DNA of 64,000 nt from Bigelowiella natans CCMP2755 (lineage: Eukaryota > Protista > Cercozoa). The position numbers were made by a program, and so were the translations under genes. The first letter of the stretch is position 1. Each line of letters begins with the position of its first letter. Where the stretch lies: assembly GCA_000320545.1 (NCBI GenBank), contig ADNK01001434.1, positions 1 to 64,000 of the forward strand, read 5' to 3'. Under the pieces are notes generated by a model. It did no database searches and was not told the DNA's origin. It worked only from the letters and a program-made list of their open reading frames with translations. Below, piece by piece: positions 38,586-52,600 of the stretch.

Positions 38586-41301
38586 TCATTCGCCTATGCT
38601 CGGTCGCAGTCATCATCGTGATTCACAAGGCAACGACAAAAACGGCCTCCTGCTCTCTTCCGACCTGAATCTTCTGGAGGTCGTCGAGGCGGCGATTCGC
38701 TTTGTTTAGAGCGGATACTTTCGCTCCGATTCTCTCGGCGTGGCTGATAAGGCGCTGCAGGACGATGATATGGTCAGAAGGATCGCCGACAATCACTCGT
38801 AGCGTCTCCTCGGACAGCTTCTTCCCTATCATCCTCCTCTGCGCTTCTCTTTTCGCCTCTAGAGTCTTAGCCTGTGATACAGAAATAGTAGCGACAGCGT
38901 TAGTAGCAGTTGTATGCGTATGGTGATAGTGGCGATATAAGAGCTACTGCTCGAGGGAGGGAGGGAGAGAGAGAGAGAGAGAGACAGAGAGAGGGAAAAT
39001 ATCGTACGCACGGACTAGAAGCACTTGCTATCCATGGAAGCATCAGCACATCACATAATCATCATTATTTCATGATTTCTTCGCATTGTTTCTACTACTC
39101 CTCCTACTCATACTACTCATACTACTGAGTACTACAATGGCGGTGAAGTAGTCCGCCACTCTCCCGGTAGCATACTGGCCCGCTCTCTTCCCTGCCTTGC
39201 ACTCCAGCTCGATGTCGGCCTGCGCCTCATCGATCAAGTAGGTCACGAGCTCCATGTTCCCGGACGCTGCCGCATGCATCAGCGGCGTGCGTCCATGGAC
39301 GTCCTGCGAGTCGGCCACCGCCTTTCCGTCTTGGACGAGGAGCCGCACGATGCCGAGGTCGTCCATTGCTGCCGCGATGCTGAGGGCCGTCTTCCCCTCG
39401 TGATCATGCTTCTCCACGTCAGCACCTGCAGAGAGCAGCAGGCGCAGGACTCTCGCGTTCTTGTTGGACGCGGCAATGTTCAGAGGATAGCAGCCTCTCG
39501 ACTTGTCGTGTAGGTCAGGCTTAGCCCCCGCACGCAGCAGAGAGGCCACCACCTCTTCTTGAGACGTGGCTACGGCGGTGCTCAGCGCAGACTTGCCACC
39601 ACCCTCAGCGTCAACCGCGTTTGGATCTGCTTTGGCGCGCAGCAAGCGATCTACGTCGTCTGGCTGCCTGGCTTCTATTACGGAGATCAGCGGAGGAGCC
39701 AGGCTGCGCTCTCCGATGCCGCCGCCGCTCTCTTTGGTGCCAGGCGTCGTGACTTCTGTGCGGGGGTTCGGGTCGGCCTTCGCGTTCAGAAGTAGTCCGA
39801 TCATCTCCGAGTTGCAACCGGCAAAGCTGAGAGAGGTTCTGTGGAGTTGATCATGTGCGTGCACGTCGGCTTTCGCTGCCACGAGGCAGCGCACAAGCGG
39901 CACGTTCTTCGCCGCAGCTGCCACAAGGAGTGGGGTACAGTGTCTCATCCCTGAGCTATGAGTCTTCTTCTCCCCCTCACTGTCGTCGTTGAGATTGGAG
40001 CCCCCCTCTAGATCCGCTTTTGCGGACACCAAATCCTTCACGAGGTTGAGGTCCGCGCTTTCTACGGCGAGGCGCAAAGGGGATTTTCCATCGTTGTTGG
40101 GGATGTTCACCTCGGCTTTCGCGCGCATTAAGCACTCCGTCATCTCCGAGCTCTTCTCGCTGATAACTTTCGCAAGCAGCGAGCAGGTACTGCCGTCTGG
40201 GTAGTAGAATGGCACGTTCACGCTGGCTCTGGCCTCTACAAGAAGCTTAGCGATTTCATATTGCTTGCCAACGACAGCAGCGCTGAGAGGTAGCTGTGAG
40301 GCTGGGTGAATTTTCTCGTCGGTGTGACCCATTGCCCTACCGTCGTTGGGGTGTGCTTTGGCTCTCACAAGAAGTCTGACGAGGTCAAGTTGGCCGCTTG
40401 CGACGGCTTGGCTGAGTGGTAACAGAAGCCTCTTGTTTGGGGTGTTCACATCGGCGCTCGCATCCACTAAGGTTTGCGCGATGGTGATCGCAGTTACATG
40501 CTGCTCGTTCTTGCTTTCGGGAAGCAGAAGCTGTCCTAGAGCAAGGTTGATTGGGCTGTCGCCGTCATCACTATCTGGAAGGTTCACATCGGCTTTGCCT
40601 GCTCGATTAGACAGCAACAGTCGCAGAAGCTCTACCTGTCGCTCTTCCACGGCAGCAGTGATAGGACGGCGCGTCTGGCCCCCATCACCTACACTGCCGT
40701 CGTGAGATGAAGAGAAGGAGCTGTCACTATTGTACGGGTAGTTTAAATCCGCATTTGCTTCAACGAGCAGCTCGATCATCTCCATGGAGGGGCGGTCATC
40801 AGCCTTCTGCATTTTGTTTGCTGTGTTCCATGCCTGTAGGGCGACATAGACAGGGCGGAGGCCGTCCTTATTTTGAAAGTCGACGTCCGCCTTGGCGTTA
40901 AGGAGCACTTTCACGACTTCAAACGTTCGTCGTCTGCAATCGCCATCTCCATCACATCCTCCCCTTTTGTCTGCCGTGCCTCCTCGGCTGTAGTAGCCTT
41001 CTACTGTAATGTTAATTGGCGCTTTGCCCTCGTTGTTGGGGATGTTCACCTGTGCGCTAGCTGCTATCAAGCACCGGATGATCTCCAGCTGCTTGCTGCC
41101 TCCTCCCTTTGTGGCAATCTCCAATGGAAGACATCCATCCTCATGAGGAATGTTCACGTCCGCTCCCTCTTTGAGTTCTTTTTCGACAGCCTGCAAGTCG
41201 CCTTGCTCAACCGCCTCTAGAAGCTGTACGTTAGCCAGATAGGACCTGTAGAAGCTGACCTGATCGTGGTCGAGGAACATGAGCACTTGCGGTACTGAAA
41301 C

Positions 41302-41334
<33 letters not shown>

Positions 41335-41446
41335 AATGATGATAGTGACTGTTGCTACTCCTTCCAACGCGGGCAATTTTAAGAATTGACTATTTTCCTT
41401 CCTCCGGCTCCTCGTCATTCTATCGCCGGTATTCTTTCTTTCATGT

Positions 41447-41542
<96 letters not shown>

Positions 41543-43343
41543 TCTTCCCTCCTTTTCTGCTCTCTTTGTGACCACGCACGTTGTGCATGAGGTAATGCTC
41601 GATTTTATCCGCTTGGTGCATCTTAGCGTACGTCAAGGCATTATTTCCGCGCCCATCCTCGACTTTGACATCGGCCTGATCGTTGGAGGGAAGGGAACAG
41701 CGTGGAAAGATTTCCACCAGAGTTTGGTTACACGGAGATTGCCGGATTATTACCATTGTAATTTCCGTTAGTCGTTGCTATTGAATTATGAATATCGTTA
41801 CTACTGCCTTATTTTCGATGAGAATCTTGACCATGTCCAGATTTACATTGGATTGGACGGCAAACATGAGGGGAGTACGCTTCCTCCCCGTTCCTGATGT
41901 GACAATGAGGCGTATTATGTTCATCTCGAAGAAACAGTGAATTATATTACTGTCACAGTTGATCATCAATTAACTGCAATTAACTGCTTTTATCCAGATG
42001 ATATTTATCTCAATTAACTCACTTCTCCTTTCTTCTACTACATCTCTCCCCTTCGTCCCTTATTCAAATACCTGGAAAGTTAAGGTCTGCCTTCGCCTCC
42101 AAAATCAGAAATTGGACAAATTTAAGGCGTTTGAACTGGCACGCATTTATCAAGGCTGTCCTCTGGTTCTCATCGCACATGTTGACGATATTTGGGAATA
42201 TCTTCAGCTCTTCACTAGCGGTGGTTAAGTCTCCTTGTGATGCTGCGAGAACGAGCCTCTCGACAGCCTAGCAAAATTGTCACATGGCCGTGATTATGGG
42301 CGTTGTATTCGTGGAAAACATGCAGAGTTGAGTAGCCTTTTGGTGATATTGTGATGGATTATTAATTGTTGATCATCTACTTCTTGCTCCACTGCCTTCC
42401 GGAAATATGGCACCTGAAGAACGGAAACTACTATCATCCCCTTTATTGAAACAGAAGTAAACAGCGACACCAACGTGAACTCGAATGCCACACCTTAGAG
42501 AGCAAATATTTTTCGATTGTCTCTGCTGCAAGCTCGTGTGCACAAGCTAGAGCGTTGTTCCCCTTTGGTATTCCGGACTTGAACATTCGCCTTTCCGTCT
42601 TGGATGAGGTACCGCTGCATTAAAAGAAATAATCCTTTTCTTGTGCACAAAATTGAGATCAGTATCATACTTAAGTCAATTGATTACCACTGTCTCGATA
42701 TTATCGTCCATGGTACAGGCGCACAGCAGAGCTGTGTTTCCTGAGCATACAAAGCAACTCGTCAACGGAGTGCTGTTAACAAAAAGCACGGGATACCTTC
42801 CTTGTTTCTTTGGTTTACATTTGCTTTCAAGTCTTCGATCAAATACTTGACCATACCGATCTGGTTTTTGCTAGCAGCTATGGTCTGCAAATTTTCATTT
42901 TTTTTTTTTTTAAAGTAGGTTTTGATCAATTCTTATGAAGTGCGTCTAATGCTTCACCAGTGCTGTCCATCCAAAGTTGTTTCTCATATCGATTTGAGCT
43001 CCATCATGAATCGCGTCTTGAACCCCTCTCAGGTCGCCTTTTTTCGCAGCGCCAACTAATTTGTCAGCAATCTTGCAACCGAATTAGAATCGCCAAAGTA
43101 TCATAAACTGTGAATCACTACCCTCTGTTGTTGTTTATTTGCAAAACGTGGGCTCCTAGCAGGGCTTCTCGCAGGAGAATACGCGGTGCGGCGCGGGGAC
43201 CTGAGTGCCATTTTGTACAGCCTAAGCTGCTGCCTCGATGTGGGTATCTTCTCACTCTGGCATGGAGCTTGTTCGTTTGTCGTATGGGGCTTAACGGCCT
43301 TGGTGTTTGTCAGATAATCCCGATTTTGCACCTGCGTCAACAT
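37296..43343 (-). CDS. Large ankyrin-repeat protein with a low-complexity region and a C-terminal coiled coil
   Basis: The 5' exons carry ankyrin motifs (NFGWTAL, RTPLMFAV, GNNALTYA). A 2.1-kb exon has many repeats (GKSPLRLAV, GKTALSIAA, GRTPLMHAA). The 3' exons are coiled-coil-like (KKELREQAERLLEAQKRVKEQ). Confidence 0.85.
41450..41537. repeat. (CT)n microsatellite, intronic
   Basis: Read directly from the sequence. Confidence 0.95.
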
Positions 43344-43534
43344 ATCGACTTTTTGCGATAAACAAAGATCTGGGGGGGAAACTATTGTCGCAGCATGTGA
43401 ATTAACTTCATATACGAGAAGTAGCCTGAATTGTCAAAACGCGAGCGCGCGAAATTTTTCGCGCCCAAATCCAAAGTTTTAACGTGAAGCAACTCTCCTC
43501 CTCCCCAGCGTCAAGCCCTCCCAGCGTCACGACC

Positions 43535-44974
43535 ATGGCAGACGAGGACATGAAGACTATGCAGATTGAAAAGACCGAACCGAAAACTGAATCCAAACTG
43601 GAAGTGAAAGGTCAAATCTCATCGATCCGCAATATTCGTAGACCTTGACCTTGCTAACTGTACAGAGGATGCGAGTTCATCTCGGAGAAGTAGAAGAGTG
43701 CGAAAAGAGGTCCAAGCTTTCGTTGTTGAGCATAAACCAACAAAGGAGCACGTCTACATTCCCGGGGAAGGACATTTGCTTGGGGAGATCCCCTACGTGG
43801 AGGCTAAAGTAAAGATGGCTGTTTTGGACGAATTGACCATCTTGCATCGAGTTCTCTACGGGAGAAACGGCAAGAAACATACACGAAGGAGGACTATCAG
43901 GGAATTTCAGGGTGTTCAGGTGGAAAAGCCAACGTTTGCCTGTCTCTCGCATCAGTCAGCATAGTAAATTTGTAGGAATCCGAATTGCCTGCCTTGAAGA
44001 GACGGGTCGAGATTTTGAAGCCAAAGCAGTTGAAGTATTGTCTGGATATGATGGGTTTCAAAAAGAGTGATGACATGGTGAGGATTGCGGCAGATTGGAA
44101 TACTTTTCGAACCACTTCAAAATTTGAACCTTTACATAGGAGACTTTGGTTGATTTTCTCACCAAGCCAGATAAAGATGCAGTCTCAAAGGCAGTCCCAT
44201 CAGGAAAGGTATATGAAATGACCTCATCTTTGTGTTAATTATAATTGAGAAAAATATGGCAACAGACAAGTAGGAAGAGGAAAACAAAGAGTAAATCAAA
44301 ATCCAAGAGTGGAAAGAAGGTTCTCATTTCTCAACTCCAAGAGTTTATGAATCTCTAAATTCAGTATTTTCCCCAGAAACGTACCCCTGGCGCATACATG
44401 TTGTTTACTGCATCAATTCGTCCGAAAGTGACGGCTGATAATCCTGAAAAAAAGGTTAGCTTGATCTCCATAAACCACTCGGTATGTCAATGGAAAAAAA
44501 CTAATTTCTCCTTTGATTAGATAACCGAGCTTGCAAAAATATTTGGGCAAAAATGGAGGGCATTATCTGAGGAAGAACAACAGGTATGGAAAGATAAAGC
44601 TGCGGTTCTGAAGGCCAAGGCTGAGGGCGGCAGTGTCCCTGCGAAGAAAAAGAAGAAAACAGCGAAAAGGGCTCCGGATGAGGAGGAAACTGACTCCGAT
44701 GATGAAGATGAACCTCTTGCCAAGGTAATTTTTAATTATTCCCGTAATATGCAACAGTATTGATTGTACATATTGATTGTATTCAATCCAGGATCCTACA
44801 ATTTCCAAACTAGAAAGCGCTATTGATGAAATAATGGACAACATTGATCTTGCGACATTAACTGTCCGCAAAATAAAAGAAATGCTTGTTGAGAACCATA
44901 ACATTTCTGACAACGTCGTTACCACCCACAAGAAGCACATCAAGATGTATGTGAAATCCAAGGTTAATAATTAG
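43535..44974 (+). CDS. DEK-like chromatin protein with an internal HMG box
   Basis: DEK N-terminal/SAP-like region (GEGHLLGEIPYV..LHRVLYGRNGK..IREFQG; LVDFLTKP), an HMG box (PGAYMLFTASIRPKV..NP..ITELAKIFGQKWRALSEEEQQVWKDKA) and DEK_C (PTISKLESAIDEIM..DLATLTVRKIKEML). Confidence 0.85.
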
Positions 44975-45421
44975 ACATTTCTAGTTGAATGCTATGAAAT
45001 TAAAAAAGAATCTTGCTAAACTAAGGACAGAATAATACATCGAAGTTCCTTCACCTCACAGATTTACAAAAATTTTCCGCATAAGAAGGAATATCAATGA
45101 AGAATATTGGCCACTTGATCGTTTTATCACGTACTTCCATAGAGTATATCAGATGCAACAGCCTATGCAACAGCTATGCAACAGCCTCGTAAAGCCAATG
45201 TTTTTTCATAATTATATTACAATATAAGTACCTCAAACATCATGCACCTGGAACTATTTCGCACCAACAATAAGCAGAAACGCATGAAGACAAGAAACTA
45301 GGTCTTACAATATTGAAACATTTGATTTCGCACCAGCAAAACAATTGAACGCATGCGATTATAGAGCTGTCGCCTGACAAGGCCATAATATGTAGAAACA
45401 TGCGCATTCGCACATACATAA

Positions 45422-45467
<46 letters not shown>

Positions 45468-45976
45468 ACACGCATGCACACACATACTACACACACACGC
45501 GCGCGCGCGCGCAGACGTGCATATTAAAGTGTGCTAGATTTAGACAGGATATACGGATCCCTGTATATCCATGTATGCATAACATGTGGCGTATATGTGC
45601 ATGCGTATGCTAGCAATAGCTAGGCCCAGTCATATCCGTATAATGCACGTGACATGCATAGCTAGATAGCGTGTAAGAGTAATAATGAAATCTAGACAGT
45701 ACTAGAGTATAGCCATAGTCAGTGCTAGAGCGCTACGCTGTTGATCTGTGCTTGCACCTTGTATAGTCTAAACGTGCGTGAATTCGTGTGCCCCCAATAA
45801 ATAGTAGCATATCTTCAAATTCGCGCGCACATTTATTACTCCTTATGTGTATGCAAGCACATACGCACGATGCGAACAATGATAGGTGGCGTACCTAATC
45901 CATGCAGATAAAATTTGCATTGATCCTTGATGGTGTTTGCGGTCATATTTCAATTAGTGCATGAAAAACGGCGTGC

Positions 45977-48900
45977 TTATTCGTCATCCTCTTCTTCGTC
46001 ATCGTCGTCGTCATCGTCATCATCACCGCTGGCATCTTCTTCTTTCACCCTAGTATCTTCATCTTCCACCTCCATTGAGGCCTTTTCCTTATTCTTCTGT
46101 TTCTTTTTGAACGCGGACATTTCAGATTCATATCGTTCTTTATCTTTGCCAGCCATCACCTCGTACTCCTTTTTGTCGTCGGGTGTGAGCCCACGCCATT
46201 TTTCACCAAGCTTAACCATAATATCTTTCGACTTCGCTTCTGGGTTCATCTCGACCACATTTGCTCTGTTCTTCTGGGTGAAGAATAGATATGCCGACTT
46301 GGCTCTCTGTATTGAAAAAGGAAGCAATGAAATAAAGGTCAGGGACAAATGAGATCGTGAAGTATGGGTAATGTAGTGAGTAGAAATGAAACTTATGCGT
46401 CTACCATACCTTCGGCTGTCCCGGGATTTTTTTGCGCTTTCGCTTCTTCCCTGTATCCTCATCATCATCAACAGGATCGTCTTTATGCTCTTCGTCATAT
46501 TTGGCCTTTTCCTCAGCAGCTCGCAACTTGTCCTTCTTCGCATTTTCAATATAAGGTTCCTTATCTTCGAGGGATAGCTTTTGCCACTCAGCGCCGACCA
46601 GCTTGGAGATCTCACCAAACTTTTTGTCAGGATTTGCGTCCTGAATTTTCTTGCGATTTGCCTGGGAGAAGAGTGTGAAAGCTGATTTTGCAGCCTTGGG
46701 TGCGTTCTTGTCCTTGCGTTTTCTTTTCTTGGTTGGACCACCTCCCTCCTCCTCATACTTCTTTTTCTCGCTTCTGTAGCGTGTGAGGTCTTTAGATGCT
46801 CGATCTTCGTAAGGTTTCTTCTCGTCGTCTTCAAGATCCTTCCACATATCCCCAAGAATCTTTCCAATCTCAGCCCGGCTTTTGTCCGGATTCTCTTCTT
46901 TCACCTCCATACGTTTGTCTTGTGAGAAGTACACGAAGGCAGATCGATTCTTCTTCGGACTTTTCAATTTGGATGCCGGCGAAGCTGCACCTTTTTTGCT
47001 CCTTTCATCATCTTCCACCGGCTCTGACTTGGCTTTCTTGGCTGCTTTAGCTTTGGACTTCGCTTTTCTCTTCCCTCGAACGTCTTCATCCTCTTCCTCG
47101 TCAGAGTCCTCTACGTTGGAATCATAGTCCTCTGCATCGGAACTCTCATCCCCACCTGGAGAAAAGTCCTCATCCTCGTCTTCATCTTCGTCCTCATCGT
47201 CAACCTCATCTTGGAGCGCAGCAGCATACGAATCATGGGAGTAGTCAGTCTCTCTAGCCGCTGCCCTACCACTCCGGCTCCGCGTGGCGGCATTCTTGGA
47301 CTCCCGAATATTCGCAATCTTTAGGCTGCTTTCGTTGATCCAACGGAAGACTGAGTGGTATTCGTCTTTGTTTATGTTGGTAAAAAGGTACTCACTCTGA
47401 TCTATCATTGTGAGCTTGATATCAAACACTCTTCCTGTCCCTGTGGACTGCAGACGGGCAAACTCCACCGACTCTATTTGGTCGTGAGTTATCCATGTTG
47501 GTGGCTTGTGTACGAAAAAGAAACTCTTCTTAAGTATGTAGAGATGCCCAAAATTCGCCTTAAGAGAACAACTGATGCAAGGAAGGTCCTGAGAGCTGCT
47601 GAATTTTTTGGAAGGAATGGCAACTTTACGCTTGCTAAGAGCTTTGAAGAGTCTCCACGTAATTTCGTACGTGCTATCGCTCATATTCTTTGAGATTATA
47701 TTTCCAGCATTCTTAATATCGTCCTCTTCCATGTTAAGCTCCACAAGACTCTGATTTTCGTTCTTAATCTGCATAACAAGGTATCGATAATGCGTGCGTC
47801 CCTGTCGAATGGGCGGGTCCAAGCCCACCACAAAGAGGTGATGCATGCGGTCGGCGGAAGGAAATAGGAATAACTTCGAGATCCGTGTGTACATGATCTT
47901 GTAGTTGGATGAAGAACCATGCAGTCTGAAGAAAGACTTATAGAATTCGACATCGTGCTTTCCGCGCGGTGTCGTAAACATCAGGCTCTCTAGCTTTGTT
48001 ATACTGAAAGGAAGAAGAACAGCAAAAGAATTAGTTACAACCAAAAGACGAGATATAATTTATGCGCCACGCCAAACACAAACCTGTCTTTCACGTTCAC
48101 ACGTATTCCTGCACGGTCTATTATCTCATCGTTTAGTGCTTTGGTCGCCTCCGTTTCGTCCTCCTCCTCATCTTCATTAGGCGGAACGTATATCCGCATT
48201 TCGGTCAGAACTTCGTCCTAGAGTTGGTAACCGTAATCTTATCTCACGTTTTCAAAACAATAGAAAGCCATTAGGGGGTACTTACAGCATCGTCATGTGC
48301 ATCGTCATCGTGGAAGAGGAGCGAAATTTCGTTTTTCCCTTGTATCATTGATTGGGACACGGATGTGAGCGGAAGCTCGAATGTGCATCGATTTCCACGA
48401 AAATGTCGAAGAACTGATCCCTTGAAGTCCACCTTACCGTAGTTATGCCCTGCGGGAGATCATTCTTCAGTTCACCCCATGAAATGAAATGGTAAGGTGT
48501 GGAACCTGAAGTATTGATCTGAAGGATCTCTGCTTTTCGATCGAAGTGTTCCTCAAAGAATGGCTTTATCTTATTGAAATCAGTAGCACTGAAACCTCTG
48601 AAAGAGACTTGAGCATCTCCCGGCATGTAGATTCTACATGGAACACAAAAATTGAAAAATGATCTCCATTAATCAGCGAGTGTGTACCTGAGACGGGAGT
48701 CCTTGCCAAGAGGGCTCCATTGTACTGCCTCGACCTCGCTCTTTGGAACAGAAATGATACGACCTCCCTTCTCCGCAGACCAGGTGATCTCCGATGTAGT
48801 CATATTCAGCTTACCTTTTATCTAAATTGAAAATTTGCTCAGCACCGCGCTTCTTTGTCGACGAAGGAGACACAAATTAGCCAAAAATCATGCTACCTTA

Positions 48901-48983
48901 GGTCGCGCTGGATCACAAATCCTCCCAAAAGATAATTTAGTTGGAACGGGTTTCTTCTCCATTGGCTCATTCTCCGATGGCAT
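45977..48983 (-). CDS. SSRP1: FACT complex subunit SSRP1/Pob3 with three C-terminal HMG boxes
   Basis: GHNYG, FELPLTSVSQ, LTEMRIYVP, TPRGKHDVEF, LDPPIRQGRTHY, GHLYILKKSFFFVHKPP and FTNINKDEY, followed by an acidic region and three HMG boxes. Confidence 0.95.
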
Positions 48984-49684
48984 GATGAAAGGAGGGGGAA
49001 AGGTTGAACTCCTCTGCTCAGGCTCGGTAATGCTGAATTTGTGACTCGAAAGCTTATAGTAAACGTATCTAATTTTTTTATTGTGACAGCTCATCCAGGT
49101 TGCCGCTTTGACGTAATGTACTACTTTTATCCAAACTTGCACAATCGTCGACTTGCGCGCCGCCAGTCAAACACTTCGGGACCAACTTTTTGATAAATTT
49201 TAATGGAAAACCTCCTTGATTTCGAGCATGCGTCCCAAAAATGGTCGCATACGCAGTGATATTGGGCACTCTTTCGGGAGCACGAATTTCCCGCGTTTTC
49301 GCTGCACGCTCGTCTTTTTGAGAAAACAAGGGGAACAAGCGTGTATCGGGAAGGAAAGAAAGAAATAACCTGCATTCAAGAATAATATTTCTCAGTATTT
49401 ATTTCTGCGGCTCGCGAGGAGAAAAGGTTGCTTCCTGGCCTTGATCTAGATGTCGTACCCCAAATTTCTCATAAATTTAATGTCAGTTCAACGACAATAA
49501 ATCTTTTAGTCGCGATTGATAAATCTCCTATGATTGCAAACCCCTTGAGCGGTTAGCGTTTCGCTCATAGTCGTTGGGGCCAAATAAGGTCCCCACATGG
49601 CACTCGCTTCTCCTCTCTCTCTTTCTTCTTTCCCTAAACTACCTCTGCCCAATCTGATAAAATACCTTCTTGTCTAAGCCCTTT

Positions 49685-52600
49685 ATGAGCACTCTCGACG
49701 AGGTGGAGGAGCATATTCGCCAAACCGAAGCATTTCTAAAGCAAGAGTCCGAAATATTTACAGGTACGGGTTTCGAAATTGTCGATGAGAATCATACTTC
49801 TTAGACCCGTGAATGATTTCGAAAGATTCGAAAGGATACAGTACTTCGATAAGTATTAAATCGCTCTATCATCCTCTGACTCCTTCTGACTTAATCCACT
49901 TTGGCTCTTCATTTGTTCGAACTTTTCGGTATTATTCCATCGAACGTTTAGGTGGTAAATGGAGAAAGGCTGGTTTAGTGGCCTCGAAGCGGCTCCCAAG
50001 GCCCCATACTGGTTCTGGTCAATTCAAATCCCAAAACGTGGCAGTCTCCCGCACCAGCCCAGCCGGTATCGGTGGTGTGGAGGGTGCATCTCCACACCGG
50101 GTTAAAAGACATCCTACGCATGCAAATTCTGTAAACAGAATAAATCCTTTTGATTCCGCAAAGCTCTTACAGCCCCCCAAAAAAGATTTTGCTGCACCAA
50201 AGAATATAAAGAAGAAACAGAAGAAGGGGAACTCACGGAGCAAGCTAAGCCTTCTTGAATCTTTCGACCAGGAAGGTCCTTTCAATATTGTTCCAACACC
50301 TGAGCACAGCTCTGGGGAGGAAGAGGATCCAGCCTACACTAATCGCCATGGAATCGTTGACTCTGAATATAATGGTCGTCCTAGTTATAACATTGATGAC
50401 GAAGTTAATGATGGTGGTCGTGATAATCATGCGAACGAAGAATCCAAAATGATTGGTACTCACTCTCAAGACAAAAATACAGAATTCGGTCGTAACTTCT
50501 TTGAAGCTTACGAAACCCTTGATAGAAAAGACTCGGATCAACTCAGACGAAGTACAGGCAAGCAGTACTCTTCGGATCAGTCCGTAGTTAAACACAGTCG
50601 ATACAACATCAACGAGGAAGGAAAAGGTGGGAACATTCTCATCCCACAGCAGCGACGTGTAGGTTTTCAATCCGGGGCTCTTCCAACACAATCAACTCTA
50701 GAAATCAACGGAGAAGACAAGGATGCTGGCCCTATCTCATCCGAAGCTCTAGTCCAATCTATCATTGAAAAATACAGGAGAGAGGAGCGCTCCCAGCAAG
50801 TTGCGACGCTACTTGGGAAGCAGCAGCGACAGCAAGCACAGCAAAAGTGGGAGGGAGAGGAAGAGAAGGCATCAGATGGGTTTTCAGACGACATAAACGA
50901 TGATTCAATGACGCGTTATGATTCTAACGTTGATGGTCCTGATTCGTCGAGCTCAAGCGTCCATCTCCGAAGTCCGTACATCGCTACGGCCTCTCTCGGG
51001 GCCATGAGTAAGAAAAATTCAAAATATAGGCAACGAAGACAAAGGACTCACAGACCGATTAGTGCTCCAGTTACCAGACAGAGATACCGCATCGATGAAG
51101 AAGAGCAGATGGAAATGCAGGAGGAGGAGGAGGGGTTTGGGGGGGGGGGATACGATCATCGAAGGAGATATGGGAGCAACACCATCCGTGCTGGCTATAC
51201 GTCTCAGGTCGGCGGCGAGGTAGCTCATCCCGCCTCCTCCTCCTCCTCCTCCTCCAAGGAGCGGGTGACGAATAGGTACAGTAAAAGCGAGATCGCACGC
51301 AAGGTGGCGGAGGAGAGGAGCAAACAGCTCACCTTCCGCCCCCAGATCAACACGAACTATAATTCAACCAAATCGCGCCCCAGCGATCCGATAGAAAGGA
51401 TAGAGCAGATTCAGAACGACTACTTACAGCGAATCGAGGAACGTTCAAAGCTCAAGAAGCGCGAGCAAGATGAATCCTTTCAAAAGCTTCCCTTCAAGCC
51501 TAACGTCAGGTCTGACGGTAATAGTAACAAGGGCAGCGGAGGTGGCAAGAATAAGCGAGGAAAGGGTGTCCCTGTCGAAGATCGGTTACTAGAGCATGCT
51601 AACGATAAGATTAGTCAAAGAATGCGTATGAAGAAGCAGCTTGAGGAGAAGCGAATCAAGGAATGCACTTTCTCGCCCCACATTAGCATCAATAGCAGGA
51701 GGGTCATGCAGCAGGCTGGTGGGGGTGGCGATGCGCCGATACATCGACGGTTGGGTGCTCTCGAGAAGGAAAAGCAGATTCGACTGCTAAAGCTGAGGAA
51801 AGAGAAGTACAACGACGAAAACCTACGATTCGCACCGAAGATCAACGACAAGAGCAAAACTATAGTCGAGAAGAAGAGGAAGGGCGTGGAGGCAGCATTG
51901 CCTGTTGAGGATCGCCTCCGAAGCAAGCTGGGTACCAACATCCTTAAAAAGATGATGCGCCAGGAGCAGGTCGAACGAGAGCTGAGCGCTGAGTTGACGT
52001 TCGGCCCCAAGCTCTCCGAAAACTCCAAACGCATAGTACAAGAGAAGTTCCAGGGGAGGGAGAAGGGCTTCTACGATCGTCAACTGATCTATGAGGACAT
52101 CAAGCAGGAAAAACTGAAGGCAAAGCGAGCGCACGCCATCAACCAGCATACCTACAACCCCAACATCGGCAATTCTGAAGAGGTGCTCGAGAATTCACGA
52201 GCCAAACGATACCTGTACCAATACAGCGACCGCGAGGACATCTTTGAACGACTTGCCTTCAAGGATAGTGAGGACCTAAAGGTATTATTACGACTTCGTG
52301 CTCCTTCGTTCTCATTCTCCGTTAACAGGAGAGTAGAGTAGCTGTACTGGTCGTTCGTAGTAGCAATATTTATGCTTTGGTGGATGAAACTCGTGTTACC
52401 TCCCTCCTTATCCCTCCTCCCTCTCCTCTTCCTCTCCCTCTCCCTCTCCCTCTTATTTATACATATACTTGCTGTGCAACATCGCCGAAATCCTTGACAG
52501 CCAACCAATATTACTCTCCTTCACACAGGCGAACAGGTTACAGCTAGAGCGAGAGGTATATTCCGGGCTAAACTTCAAGCCCGAAATCAACGAGGTGTCC

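Noticed and set aside
43000-43060. Apparent frameshift in the first ankyrin exon
   Set aside because: Recounting the C-run shows the frame is intact (GDLRGVQDAIHDG).
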